DNA from: a virus
Lineage: Duplodnaviria; Heunggongvirae; Uroviricota; Caudoviricetes
Direction: 5' to 3' (one strand)
Length of the DNA: 50,856 nucleotides
Virus record (IMG/VR): IMGVR_UViG_3300033233_000013
Location: 1-50,856 of that record
Positions within the stretch are counted from its first letter, which is position 1. Each line of letters begins with the position of its first letter. The notes beneath the pieces are model-generated. The model saw nothing but the letters and a program-made list of their open reading frames with translations. It was not told the DNA's origin and did no database searches. Both the position numbers and the translations under genes were made by a program. Below are positions 26,606-36,191 of this stretch, piece by piece.

Positions 26606-26967
26606 ACGACGTTACCTCCCCAGCGAGTCGGGCGACCCCAGCGACCGAGTTCACGGCACCGGTCTGCCACCGCTGCCAGCGGAGGATAGAAGGCTTCGAG
26701 GCGCATGCGCTCGGCATCGAGACCGTGCACGTGTGGGGTGAGGCCGAGCCGCGCGGCTATCAGCAGACCGACGGGAACCTCTACGTCGCCAAGTGCCACG
26801 GCGAGTGGGAGGAGGTGTACGTCCCGCTGGGCGCAATCACCGAACACGATACGATCCGGTGGAGCTACGCCTTCGATCCCGCGCGCGACCGCGATCCGTA
26901 CGTTACGCGCGGTCGGCTTCCGTACCGCCAATCGCGTCCCACCTGGAAACGCACACGGGGCGGCTGA
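26602..26967 (+). CDS. Hypothetical protein (121 aa), last rightward gene
   Basis: ATGA coupled; CxxC. Confidence 0.65.
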   Translation: MNDVTSPASRATPATEFTAPVCHRCQRRIEGFEAHALGIETVHVWGEAEPRGYQQTDGNLYVAKCHGEWEEVYVPLGAITEHDTIRWSYAFDPARDRDPYVTRGRLPYRQSRPTWKRTRGG

Positions 26968-26985
26968 CTCGCGCCAGCCGCCCCG
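26956..26985. terminator. 11-bp-stem hairpin between convergent operons
   Basis: CGGGGCGGCTG-ACTCGCGC-CAGCCGCCCCG; no U-tract. Confidence 0.55.
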
Positions 26986-27033
26986 CACTCGCTACAGAGA
27001 CGTTGCTGTTGTGGTGAGTCGTCTTCTGGTTGA

Positions 27034-27384
27034 TCAGACCTCGGGCGGCGGCGGCGGTGCCGGGATCTCCTCGGGCTGCCCGAGCGCGACCCGGAGACCC
27101 GTCGCGGGACCCGACTCCGCCTGCGCGTCGAAGGTGAACGAGAGCGGGGTGCCACCCTCGCCCGGCGTGTCGTCCGCCGTGACGCGGACCTGGACCGGGA
27201 CGCGGATGGCCCCGACGCGCCGCAGGAAGACGCGGCCGTCGTCGCCCTTCTCGGCCGCGATGATCGACGGATCCGAGCTCTCGAGGGCGAGGCCGTCGAT
27301 CGGGGCGCTCTCGCCCGCGTCGTCGACGCCCTCCACGAGGACCGGTGTGCGCCGGTCGAGACGATCGGTGATGCTGAGAATCAT
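27034..27384 (-). CDS. Small Ig-like beta-sandwich protein (116 aa)
   Basis: AAAGGAG RBS; alternating beta pattern, ESSDPSIIA motif, Pro-rich tail. Confidence 0.7.
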   Translation of the reverse strand: MILSITDRLDRRTPVLVEGVDDAGESAPIDGLALESSDPSIIAAEKGDDGRVFLRRVGAIRVPVQVRVTADDTPGEGGTPLSFTFDAQAESGPATGLRVALGQPEEIPAPPPPPEV

Positions 27385-27391
27385 GACTGCT

Positions 27392-27464
27392 CCTTTCGTG
27401 GGATGGGCTCTGGCCGCCCTAAAGAGAGGAGGACGATCCGGGGCCGTCGTGGGTGATGGCACCG
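27392..27464 (+). repeat. Left arm of a perfect 73-bp inverted repeat
   Basis: Exact reverse complement of 28572-28644, checked base by base. Confidence 0.97.
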
Positions 27465-27516
27465 ACGCTTGCCGCGGCACAGGAGCCACGCGAGCGTCAG
27501 CACGCTACCGAGGAGA

Positions 27517-27846
27517 CTACCGAAGAGGAGACACAGCATCGGCATTGGGGAGCGCGACGCCGTGGTCCCGGAGATGCTTCGTCACCTCCCGGATGACGAT
27601 CGCGAGGAGCGCGGCCGCGGCCGCCGAGACGTTCGGGTCGTTGGCGGTGGTCCAGTCGAGCGGGTTCCCGGAGCAGGTCGCGCCGATCGCCGTGCACGCC
27701 TGTGTGCCGAAGTAGCCGAGCACGAGGGCGAGGACCGGCCAGAGGAAGCCGGGGACGGACTTTTGCGCGATCGGCATGAGGAGCTTGGCGCCGCCGAGGA
27801 TGGCGGCGACGATCGTCGCGAGCACGAGGGAATTGAGGGTCGGCAT
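27517..27846 (-). CDS. Holin-like membrane protein (109 aa)
   Basis: Three hydrophobic segments, charged C-terminus, GGAAAGGAG RBS, lysis-cassette context. Confidence 0.55.
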   Translation of the reverse strand: MPTLNSLVLATIVAAILGGAKLLMPIAQKSVPGFLWPVLALVLGYFGTQACTAIGATCSGNPLDWTTANDPNVSAAAAALLAIVIREVTKHLRDHGVALPNADAVSPLR

Positions 27847-27889
27847 GGGAGATTCTCCTTTCCTTCGATGAACGGCCGCGCGGCGGGGC

Positions 27890-28309
27890 TCAGGCGAGCG
27901 ACGCGTCGCAGCTTTCGATGAACGCCCGGACCGCCTTGAACCCGACGCTGTCTTTCGGCAGCACGTCGGCGCCGTCGAGCCGGACCTTGATGCGCGCCAA
28001 GACGGCGCCCGTGATCGCCTGGTACTTCGCCGGCACGCCGGCGGCAGCGACCGCCGCCTCGATCGCGGAGATCGACGGCGTCTCGGAGACGAGGATCGCG
28101 CGCGCGGCCGCCGAGGCGATTTTCGCATTCGCGAGCTGCTTCGGCGCCTGGATGCCGATCACGGCGCAGGCGAGACCGGCATCGCCGGCGTAGAGCTCGA
28201 TCGGGTCGATCCCGGTCGAGGGTGCGGGCTTGAACGCGCCGCAGCCGGCGATGGCGATCGCGAGCACGAGCGCGATGACGCCGCTGACGATGGTGCTGAG
28301 TCGTTGCAT
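27890..28309 (-). CDS. Lipoprotein in the lysis cassette, possible spanin component (139 aa)
   Basis: Lipobox IAG-C23; AGGAGGAG RBS. Confidence 0.65.
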   Translation of the reverse strand: MQRLSTIVSGVIALVLAIAIAGCGAFKPAPSTGIDPIELYAGDAGLACAVIGIQAPKQLANAKIASAAARAILVSETPSISAIEAAVAAAGVPAKYQAITGAVLARIKVRLDGADVLPKDSVGFKAVRAFIESCDASLA

Positions 28310-28571
28310 AGACATCTCCTCCTGGGGGTCCGGGCCCCCGGTTGCGATTCCGTGGATGAGTGCCACGCCCGCAGGATGGCCGCGGCGCTCACGCCCGTAG
28401 GGGGCGCGGCGCAAGAGCAAGGCCCCCACCCGAGACACTGAAAAAAGAAAACCCTCCCCGTGCCGCGCGCCATCGCGGGCATGCCCGGCTCTCCCGGCTC
28501 GCCCGGCTGCCCGGGATCGCCGCGATAGCGTCCGCCCGCGCCCCCGCGCCCACCCCTGCCACCACGGCCCC

Positions 28572-28644
28572 CGGTGCCATCACCCACGACGGCCCCGGAT
28601 CGTCCTCCTCTCTTTAGGGCGGCCAGAGCCCATCCCACGAAAGG
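28572..28644 (-). repeat. Right arm of the perfect 73-bp inverted repeat
   Basis: Exact reverse complement of 27392-27464. Confidence 0.97.
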
Positions 28645-29069
28645 CCGAGCATGCCCTCGCCCCCGCTCCCGCCGACGCCGCCAGATCCACCACGCACGCC
28701 CGGCTCATCCTCGAGCTGCCCCGGATGAAACCCGCGCCAGAACTGAATCCGGCGGACGACAAAGGCGAGGTCCCCGACCTTGTGGGCGAGGAAGAGGAAG
28801 AGCGTGCCGCGCGCCATCACGGTCAACGGCACCGAGCCCGGCGCGGCGAAATCCAGATCCGGGTCGATGAGGAGCGCGAGTGCGATTCCCGCCCACAACG
28901 TGGCGCGCATGCCCATCGCCGTGATGATGTCGGCGTCGAGAAGCCTGAGCGGCTGGTGCGCCGCCGGCTTCAGAGTCCGCCGCTGGACCCGGAGCGCGAG
29001 GCCGGAGAGGATCGCGACACTGGCGCTCAAGAGCGCGAGGAGCAGCGTGCCGGCCTGCTCGACGTTCAT
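28614..29069 (-). CDS. Membrane protein (about 3 TM) with Gly-rich tail
   Basis: ATGA overlap; hydrophobic segments; last codons and stop lie inside the IR arm. Confidence 0.6.
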   Translation of the reverse strand: MNVEQAGTLLLALLSASVAILSGLALRVQRRTLKPAAHQPLRLLDADIITAMGMRATLWAGIALALLIDPDLDFAAPGSVPLTVMARGTLFLFLAHKVGDLAFVVRRIQFWRGFHPGQLEDEPGVRGGSGGVGGSGGEGMLGLSWDGLWPP

Positions 29070-29521
29070 TGCGCGTCCTTCCGCGGATCATCCTCGCCCC
29101 GCGGCGTCACCGCCATGAGCCCCCGTCCGACGAACCGCCAGAGCACCGCATCGAGAATGCCGGGCCCGGCAACGGCGAGCGCCGTGCAGAAGCCCATGAG
29201 CCACAAAGCCCGTGGCGCGACGGTTTCAAAGAGCATCATGGCCACGCTGAGCGCGCCGATGACGGAGAGCAGCACGCGCCCGGCTTGCTGGCGCCACGTG
29301 AGCGACGCCGTCGCGGTGTCGTACATCAGCCGCGCGAGGCCGCCGGCGCACGCGAAGAGGCCGAGCACGAGGAGAAACGGTGCCGGCTCGGGATCGGAAA
29401 AGACGTGCTCGAGGAGCGCCGAACCGACCCCGACGGCGAGGGCTGGCGTCGCATACATGACGACGCCCATCGGCAGCATCGCGGGAAGACCGAGGCGTTG
29501 CGCTCGAGACCATCGCCTCAT
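29066..29521 (-). CDS. Holin-like multi-TM protein
   Basis: About four hydrophobic helices; immediately downstream of the endolysin; start uncertain. Confidence 0.55.
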   Translation of the reverse strand: MRRWSRAQRLGLPAMLPMGVVMYATPALAVGVGSALLEHVFSDPEPAPFLLVLGLFACAGGLARLMYDTATASLTWRQQAGRVLLSVIGALSVAMMLFETVAPRALWLMGFCTALAVAGPGILDAVLWRFVGRGLMAVTPRGEDDPRKDAQ

Positions 29522-29548
29522 CGCCCCGCGTGCGCACTCCGCATCGCG

Positions 29549-30328
29549 TCACGCATGGCCGATCAACAAGAAATCCTTGTCGGCGTAGCCGCGCGTCCGC
29601 CGGCAGACTTCGGTGCCGTCACGGCCGCCGCTATCGTCACTATTGCCCTCGATCGTCGTGAAGATCTCGGTGCCGACGGCGATCACGATCCCGCAGTGAT
29701 CCCAGTCGCCGGGCGTCTTCCGGCGGAGGAAGAGATCGCCGGGCCGCACGTGCGCCACGCCGTCATGGATCCCGTCGAGGAAGCACCCCGCCGCCTTCGC
29801 ATGGCGCGCGAGCTCGTCGCAGGAGTCCGAGCCGTCGAAGGGCCGCGGGGCGCCCGTGAGGACGCAGGCGCCGGCGAGGATGAAGCTCGCAAACGCGGCG
29901 CACCACGCGATCGCTTCCCGGCCGCGCCCGTAGACCCGCACCCAGGGGCCGCAGTTCTGGCCACCGACTTCGCGCGGGTGCTCGGCCAGGTGCTGCGCGG
30001 CGAGGGTGAGGACGGCGAGCGGCAGGATGGTGGGGACGGCGCCCTCGGGACGGCGACACGCACGGGCGAGCGGGTCGACGAGGTCGTCCCACGTGCCCTG
30101 GCCGACGATGCCCGTCGGCTGCCGGCCGTGGTCGGCCTGGAAGCGCCGGACCGCCGCCTCGGTTGCCGGTCCGAAGGCGCGATCGACCGCGACGCCCTCG
30201 CCGGCGAGCGTCAACCACTCCTGGACGCGCCCGACGGCGACCCCGTGGGCACCGCGCTGGACGGGTCCGGGAAAGGTGAGTTCCGCCCGCGTGGCAGGCG
30301 TCAGGAGCGCATCCGCCGCAGCCTCCAC
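29549..30328 (-). CDS. Endolysin: peptidoglycan-binding domain plus CHAP amidase (259 aa)
   Basis: VGRVQEWL...VDRAFGPATEAAVRRFQ...TGIVGQGTW (PG-binding); AWCAAF, PGDL, DHCGIV, TIEGN (CHAP Cys/His). Confidence 0.9.
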   Translation of the reverse strand: MEAAADALLTPATRAELTFPGPVQRGAHGVAVGRVQEWLTLAGEGVAVDRAFGPATEAAVRRFQADHGRQPTGIVGQGTWDDLVDPLARACRRPEGAVPTILPLAVLTLAAQHLAEHPREVGGQNCGPWVRVYGRGREAIAWCAAFASFILAGACVLTGAPRPFDGSDSCDELARHAKAAGCFLDGIHDGVAHVRPGDLFLRRKTPGDWDHCGIVIAVGTEIFTTIEGNSDDSGGRDGTEVCRRTRGYADKDFLLIGHA

Positions 30329-30416
30329 CCAGCCCTATCCCCCTCGCCGTTGCGGGGCGCTCTGTACGCTCTCGGCCGCTCTGGCGGCAATCATGCCAAG
30401 CAGCGGGAGGCGGGGC

Positions 30417-32162
30417 CTACATCACGCCCCAGGCGAACCAGGAGAACACGTAGCGGCGGGCGCCGGCGGTCGAGAACGACCCGGCGCTGGGGGCGGTCGC
30501 GAAGCCGGTGAACCCAGCCACCGCGAGCGAGTGCGCGGCCATCCGGGGCGGGTCCTGGCTCGTCGCCGTGAAGGGGTCCGTGTCGGTGACCGCGACCGGA
30601 TCGGCGCCGTCCTTGAAGCCGACGCAGAGCATGGAGGCGCCGAGCAGCTGCTTGAACGGCGATGGGAACGTGACCGGGATGTTGAAGAAGGTGACCCCGC
30701 TTCCCGGCGGGGGCGTGAACGTCCAGCCCGACTGCAGCTCGACGCTCCCGAGGAGGAGATTCGTCGCCCGGTCCTGGTAGCGGATGGCGCGGACGCGCTC
30801 GTCGTCGGGATGGGCGACGAACATGGCGGCCGGGACGGTCCCGACGACGAGCATGGCGCCGTCGAAGAGGACGGCGGTCGCGCTGTCGGTCGCGTCATTC
30901 AACAGGCGGACGACAATCGACGAGGCGGCAAACGAGACGCCCACGGTGAGGGTCAGGAGCTGCCACGTGCCGTCGCCCGAATGATACGGGCTCGCGCTCG
31001 CCGAGCCGGCGGTGATGATCTGGAGCCGCGCCTTATTCGCCACCGCCGTTTTTACCCAGACGCTCAGGGTGACGGGGAGGCCGAGATAGGCCGCGTTGTT
31101 GACGGCGCTCACCACGAACGAGTGCTGGAGATAGGACGCCACGCTGCCGGCCCGCAGACGCACACTCGCCCCTCCGAAGCGCGGATCGGTCGTGTCGGCG
31201 GTGGCGATGGCGCCGGTGCCCCCACCCGAGAGCGTCCAGCCGTTCGGCGCCGACGCGCCCGGGAGGAACGTCTCGAAGCTGCCGTTGCGGAGCAGGTTGG
31301 CCGTCGCCAGGCGCTCGAGGAGGTCGGCCCCCATCTTCTCGAGGCTCACGGCCTGGTCGGCGAGGACGCGGCCCGAGACGGCCTGGTCGGCGAGCTTCGC
31401 CTCGGTCACGTTCAGGTCGAGGATCGCGCGGGTCGGCACCGCGCCATCGGCGAGATGCTGGCCGAGTACGGCGAGGAGCGCGATCTTGGTGGCGGTCACG
31501 CTGACGTTTGCGAGCTGCGGCGTGCCGACCGCGCCGAGCGCGAGCTTCGGCGCGGTCACCTGGAGATCGGCCAGATGCTGCGTCAAGATCGCGAGGTTCG
31601 CGAGCTCGGACGAGCCCACCGCGCCCGCCGCGATCGCGGCCGTCGTCACGGCATCGGCGAGCAGGTCGAGCGCTGTGACCGCCGGCGCGCTGAACCGAAC
31701 GAGCGCGCGTTCGAGTGCCGCAAGCTGGCCGTTCAGGACGTTCGGAAAGACGGTGAGGAGCGTCGTGTTCGTGCCGCCATCGAAGACGACCGCGGTGAGC
31801 GCGACGATGACCTTGCTCGCGTTCAGCGTTGCCCGCACGCGGTGGCCGACGGCGTAGTCCGCGCGCCGGTCGCCGGCGAGGCGCAGCTGATTCGTCGCGA
31901 TGAAGACCGGTGGGGGTCCCGTATCGGCGACCCACTCGGGGGGGAGCGGGTTCTTCCCGGTCGTCGGGTTGTGATCGGCCGCGAAGAGCGCCTGGATCGC
32001 CGCCAGCATCGCGTCATAGTCGGCGCAGAACGTGCCGAGGAGGAGGAGCGCGTCGCGGAGGACGATCGGATCGCCGTTCCACGTGGCCTCGGGCGGAATT
32101 TCCTGATCGATGAACAGGCGGACGAGCGCCGCTTTGGCCTGGAGTTCACTCTGCTTCGACAT
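30417..32162 (-). CDS. Tail fibre protein (581 aa)
   Basis: Repeated VTxxKLAxxAV fibre motif, carbohydrate-binding-like domain starting NLLRNGSFE, C-terminal beta tip domain. Confidence 0.85.
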   Translation of the reverse strand: MSKQSELQAKAALVRLFIDQEIPPEATWNGDPIVLRDALLLLGTFCADYDAMLAAIQALFAADHNPTTGKNPLPPEWVADTGPPPVFIATNQLRLAGDRRADYAVGHRVRATLNASKVIVALTAVVFDGGTNTTLLTVFPNVLNGQLAALERALVRFSAPAVTALDLLADAVTTAAIAAGAVGSSELANLAILTQHLADLQVTAPKLALGAVGTPQLANVSVTATKIALLAVLGQHLADGAVPTRAILDLNVTEAKLADQAVSGRVLADQAVSLEKMGADLLERLATANLLRNGSFETFLPGASAPNGWTLSGGGTGAIATADTTDPRFGGASVRLRAGSVASYLQHSFVVSAVNNAAYLGLPVTLSVWVKTAVANKARLQIITAGSASASPYHSGDGTWQLLTLTVGVSFAASSIVVRLLNDATDSATAVLFDGAMLVVGTVPAAMFVAHPDDERVRAIRYQDRATNLLLGSVELQSGWTFTPPPGSGVTFFNIPVTFPSPFKQLLGASMLCVGFKDGADPVAVTDTDPFTATSQDPPRMAAHSLAVAGFTGFATAPSAGSFSTAGARRYVFSWFAWGVM

Positions 32163-32177
32163 GCCCCCACCCTCCCC

Positions 32178-35100
32178 TTACGGAATCGGCCACGCGGTGA
32201 GACTCTTGATCCGCGGCCGCCGGGCTTTGTTCCCCGCCGCGAGATCCACCCGCAGCCGCAGGCGCTTCCCCGACGTCAGGCCGGTCGAGAACTTGGCGCG
32301 GACGGTGCCGTCGACGTCGGTGTTCTCGACGGTGAGCGCGCCGACCGTCGTAAAGGTCGCGCCGCCGTCGAGCGAGACGAAGAGCGCCGGATCGGCATCG
32401 CCCGAGGGCTTCACGAATTCGACGACGCCGTCGAGTTGCGTCCGCGCGACCGTCAGGCCGACCTCTTTCGAGATGTACTTCCCGTTGGCCTTGTTCGCCT
32501 GGACGTGGAGCGAGCCATTCGACCGCGCGATCGACGGCAGCACGTAGGGATCGGTCGTCTTCAAGACCGCGCGCACGTCGAGCGTCTGCGTGAAGGCCGC
32601 GAACTCGGTCACGTTGTGCGGGAGGAACGTGATCCAGACCTTGCCCGGCGCGGTGAGCGCCAACCCGTCGACCGCATACTGCCAGTCGATCGAGGTCCCA
32701 TCGGGGACGACCTGGTCGGGGTTCACGAGGAGCGCTGTCAGGTCGGCGGGGACGCCGTTCACGCCCGACGTCAGGCGTGCGAAGTAGAGGTGGGCCTCGC
32801 CCGCCGTCGCTTTCGCGACCCAGACCTTGCAGCGGAGATCCGCGCCCTGGAACGAGGTCCAGTCGGCGTTGTTGACCGAGTCCATCAGGATACCGTCGGG
32901 GATCTGTTGTTGCGTGATGAACCCGCCCGCGACCCGGTCGGGTCCGCCGAGCTCGGCGACGAAGACCTCGTAGTCGGGCGACGGCGTGCGCAGTACGAGC
33001 GCGCGGAATTCGAACGGATCGCACATGACGGGATCGGGCCAGACGAGCACATTCGAGCTCGCGTCCCCGACCTCGCAGTCGCGCTGCTCGAGCGTCCGCG
33101 AGGCCAAGACGTGCGCCGCCGGCGTCGAGGCATCGCCCGAGCGATCGGTCGCGCGCATCTCGCAGATGAGTGGGACGCCTTGCGTGCCCGTCGGCTTCGC
33201 GGCGAGCGGGACGTCTACCTTGGAGATCATGCGCGGGACGCCGAAGAGGAACGACTGCGCCAAGGGATCGAGCATGACGCCGCCGCCGCTTCGGCCATGG
33301 CGCCGCGGGATCGGGAGCGGGAACTCCGTGGTCACGATCTCGACCGCGACCTGGCGCACCGTGCCGACCGACGAGAACGGCACCGACGCGCGGAGGGTGT
33401 AGTCGGCGGGCCAGACCGCATTCGGCACGCCCTGGTCGCCCCAGCACTCGACGGCCACCGTCCCGGCCGGCGTATCGCTCGGGACGACGAAGTGCCCGTT
33501 CACCTCCCCCCCGACAGTATTCGCGATCCCGACATTGTTCGCATAGACGGCGTCCGTCGCCCCGTTCCCGAGCCCGGCCGGCACCTGCACCGAGGGCGCG
33601 TCGGCGAGGAACGGCACGGCTTTCCCCGCGAAGCGGACCCGCACCTTTTCGAGCGGCACGAAGTGGAACCCGGCGACCGCGACCTGCAGCTGGCGCATGC
33701 GGAGCGCCGCAACCTCGGTCGCCTGCGTCATGATGTCGACGCCGCCAACGGTCAAGACCGGCACCCGACGCGCCGGCGTCCGGCTCCGGCGCGTCGCGTT
33801 CTGGATAACGCGCGTCTGCGACGACGTCGTGACCGTCGTGTCGTTGAAGAAGTCCTGGCTCGGCCCCAGGCGAACGAGCGGCGGCGGCACGCGGAAATCC
33901 GTGTACGCGTTCACCGGTCGCGCGCGCGACCACTTGTCGGACGCGATCGCAAGCTCGTCGGCAAAGGGGAGCGTCCAGAACTGCTCACCGACGCGCGCGT
34001 CCGTCTCGCCCGCCGGCGCTGCGATCTTCGTGAGCGCCGGCAACGCCTGGAGAAACGGAAGCGTGAACTCTCCCGCCTCGGTGTCGATCGTGCCCTCGTA
34101 GGCCTGCCCGCCGACGTTGAACGCCTCGTCGGCATAGCGGAGTGTCGAGAAGTCCTCGGCAAAGGTGTCGACGAAGCTCGCGGTCGCGAGCCCGCCGAGT
34201 CGCGCGCGGGCTTGGTTCAGCAACTCTTGCTGCGCGACGTTCCGCTGGAGCTGGAAGACAATGTCCGCGAGCTCGCCGAGCTGCTCGTAGGTCCAGCGCT
34301 CGTTCCCGTGCGCGACGATGACGGCCTGCCCGCTATTCGGCGCGACTTGCACAACCGCGTAGGGCAGCGCGAAGCGCGGGAGCGGCGGCGGCTGCGGATC
34401 CTCGGCCGGGATCCCGCGCAGGACCGCGAGGGTGCTGTTCGGCCGGAGGATGATCAGGTCGTGGCGCGGGAGGTAATAGTTGTAGTCGACCTGCGGCTGC
34501 GTGCCCTCGACGGGGTTGTCGCCGGCCAACGTCGCGAAGGTGATGGCGCCGGCGCCGGTCAACTCGAAGTCCGTCGCCTGCACCATCGTTTTTTGGTACT
34601 GGTAGCAGACGTAGTACGTGGCGCCGCCCGAGGGCGCGCCGGTGATCCAGTGGACTTTCTTCAGGCCGCTCTCGGTTTGCAGATCGTAGTTCGTGCCCTG
34701 GACGTAGACGGTGCCGCCGCCGCCTTGCGCGCTTGAGATCGTGACCAGCGCCGTGACGGGGTTCTTCGAGAGCGCATCGTACGCGCCCGCACCCCGCGTG
34801 ACGGCTTCGTAGCCCGAGCCCGAGCCACCTGTCCCGGTCCCGACCTGCACGGTCGCGGTCAGTTTCGGGATCGTTGCCGCGATCGGGTAGAGGCTCGCCT
34901 TCGTGAGGGGAAAAGGATCCGCCGCCGCCGTGTAGGTGAAGGGCTCGTCATGGATGCTCCCCGTCTCGAGCGCCTGATCGACCTCGAGCTCCGTCGCCGT
35001 CGGGAACGTCACGAGCACGCCCTCGACGCGGGCCCCGATCGGCGGCACCGCGAGGCGGAGCTTCCCGGGCGAGGCGACATTCCCCGAGATCGTCGCGCGC

Positions 35101-36152
35101 GGCTCGGGGCGGAGCGGCCGGAAGACGTAGCTCCCGTGCGCGTCGGTATCGAGCTCCGCCAGCACCCCGCGGAAGGTCTCGTTCTGGTCGACGTTCGCCA
35201 GGCGCTCCGCATCGAGCGCGCCTTCGGTCTTCCCGACGTTGATCGCGTAGACGTTCGGGATGAGGGGTTGCACGAGGTCGCTCGCGCGGTCCCACTGGTA
35301 GACCGCGAAGACGCGGCGCTCGAGCTCGGTCGGCCCGGGCGGGTCGTTCGACGTGTCGGTCGTGCGGAGCGTCGCCGTCCAGGCCTCGCGGTAGGCGGCC
35401 GGGTGGCCGCTCAGGGGATCGATGAGGCCGGGATCCGCCACGTGATCGACGAGCGTCCGCGTGAACTCGACGTAGACCGCCGAGATGCCCGTCGTGAGGT
35501 GGGGGTACGTGAGCGTCGCCCCCGCGACGCGGAGCATCGCCCCCGCCACGGGAATGATGAGGTCGGCGATCGTCAGCGTGTCGCCCGCGACGATGGGCGC
35601 GTTATCGCCGTACGTGACCGAGACGGTCCAGCTGTTCCCACCGGTCACGAACCCGTTGGCGTTCACGAAATAGAGGACGAGGCCGAGAAAGCCGACCGCA
35701 TGGCCGTAGGTCGCGGGATCCGCCTGCGCCGCCGCGAGCGAGGGCGCGATGGCGGTGATCGGGTACGGCGTCTCGCTCACCTCCGGGCGATCCGAGCCGC
35801 TGGAGCGCCACGCGAACGTCGCCGTCCCCGCCGGGCCGCCGGTCGTGATCTTGATCGTATAGACGAGGCTCTCGAGGCCGATGTACTTCCCGGCTGAGCC
35901 GAGGCTGTCGGCGCCGATGTTCACGCCTGGCGTCGGCTGGCCGATCGTGCCGCCCGCCTGGTACAGCACCGCACCTTCGCGGAGGAGCGTCCGGCGGAAG
36001 ATCGCCTCGTCGTATTGCTGGATACGCTGCAGGTCGATGAGATCGTAGTCGGCGAGCACCTCATCGCCGCGCGCGAGGACGGTCTTGTAGCCCTTCCGCG
36101 GATCGAACGATGTCGGCCGCGTCACGCCGGCATTCTCGAGTGCATTCCCCAT
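32178..36152 (-). CDS. Large tail/baseplate protein, DUF4815-like (1,324 aa)
   Basis: FDPRKGYKTVL...DLIDLQRIQ N-terminus, FVDTFAEDF motif, beta-rich repeats, position. Confidence 0.75.
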   Translation of the reverse strand: MGNALENAGVTRPTSFDPRKGYKTVLARGDEVLADYDLIDLQRIQQYDEAIFRRTLLREGAVLYQAGGTIGQPTPGVNIGADSLGSAGKYIGLESLVYTIKITTGGPAGTATFAWRSSGSDRPEVSETPYPITAIAPSLAAAQADPATYGHAVGFLGLVLYFVNANGFVTGGNSWTVSVTYGDNAPIVAGDTLTIADLIIPVAGAMLRVAGATLTYPHLTTGISAVYVEFTRTLVDHVADPGLIDPLSGHPAAYREAWTATLRTTDTSNDPPGPTELERRVFAVYQWDRASDLVQPLIPNVYAINVGKTEGALDAERLANVDQNETFRGVLAELDTDAHGSYVFRPLRPEPRATISGNVASPGKLRLAVPPIGARVEGVLVTFPTATELEVDQALETGSIHDEPFTYTAAADPFPLTKASLYPIAATIPKLTATVQVGTGTGGSGSGYEAVTRGAGAYDALSKNPVTALVTISSAQGGGGTVYVQGTNYDLQTESGLKKVHWITGAPSGGATYYVCYQYQKTMVQATDFELTGAGAITFATLAGDNPVEGTQPQVDYNYYLPRHDLIILRPNSTLAVLRGIPAEDPQPPPLPRFALPYAVVQVAPNSGQAVIVAHGNERWTYEQLGELADIVFQLQRNVAQQELLNQARARLGGLATASFVDTFAEDFSTLRYADEAFNVGGQAYEGTIDTEAGEFTLPFLQALPALTKIAAPAGETDARVGEQFWTLPFADELAIASDKWSRARPVNAYTDFRVPPPLVRLGPSQDFFNDTTVTTSSQTRVIQNATRRSRTPARRVPVLTVGGVDIMTQATEVAALRMRQLQVAVAGFHFVPLEKVRVRFAGKAVPFLADAPSVQVPAGLGNGATDAVYANNVGIANTVGGEVNGHFVVPSDTPAGTVAVECWGDQGVPNAVWPADYTLRASVPFSSVGTVRQVAVEIVTTEFPLPIPRRHGRSGGGVMLDPLAQSFLFGVPRMISKVDVPLAAKPTGTQGVPLICEMRATDRSGDASTPAAHVLASRTLEQRDCEVGDASSNVLVWPDPVMCDPFEFRALVLRTPSPDYEVFVAELGGPDRVAGGFITQQQIPDGILMDSVNNADWTSFQGADLRCKVWVAKATAGEAHLYFARLTSGVNGVPADLTALLVNPDQVVPDGTSIDWQYAVDGLALTAPGKVWITFLPHNVTEFAAFTQTLDVRAVLKTTDPYVLPSIARSNGSLHVQANKANGKYISKEVGLTVARTQLDGVVEFVKPSGDADPALFVSLDGGATFTTVGALTVENTDVDGTVRAKFSTGLTSGKRLRLRVDLAAGNKARRPRIKSLTAWPIP

Positions 36153-36191
36153 CGCCTCGTCCTCCCCGCCCTGCCGCCCCGAGCGTCGCTG

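Noticed and set aside
28441-28454. GGGTTTT as a -1 frameshift site
   Set aside because: Not in the X XXY YYZ phase of the open frame, and that frame lacks a credible start
30417-36152. DGR or shufflon acting on tail fibre genes
   Set aside because: No reverse transcriptase, template/variable repeat pair, invertase or alternative fibre tips seen in the window
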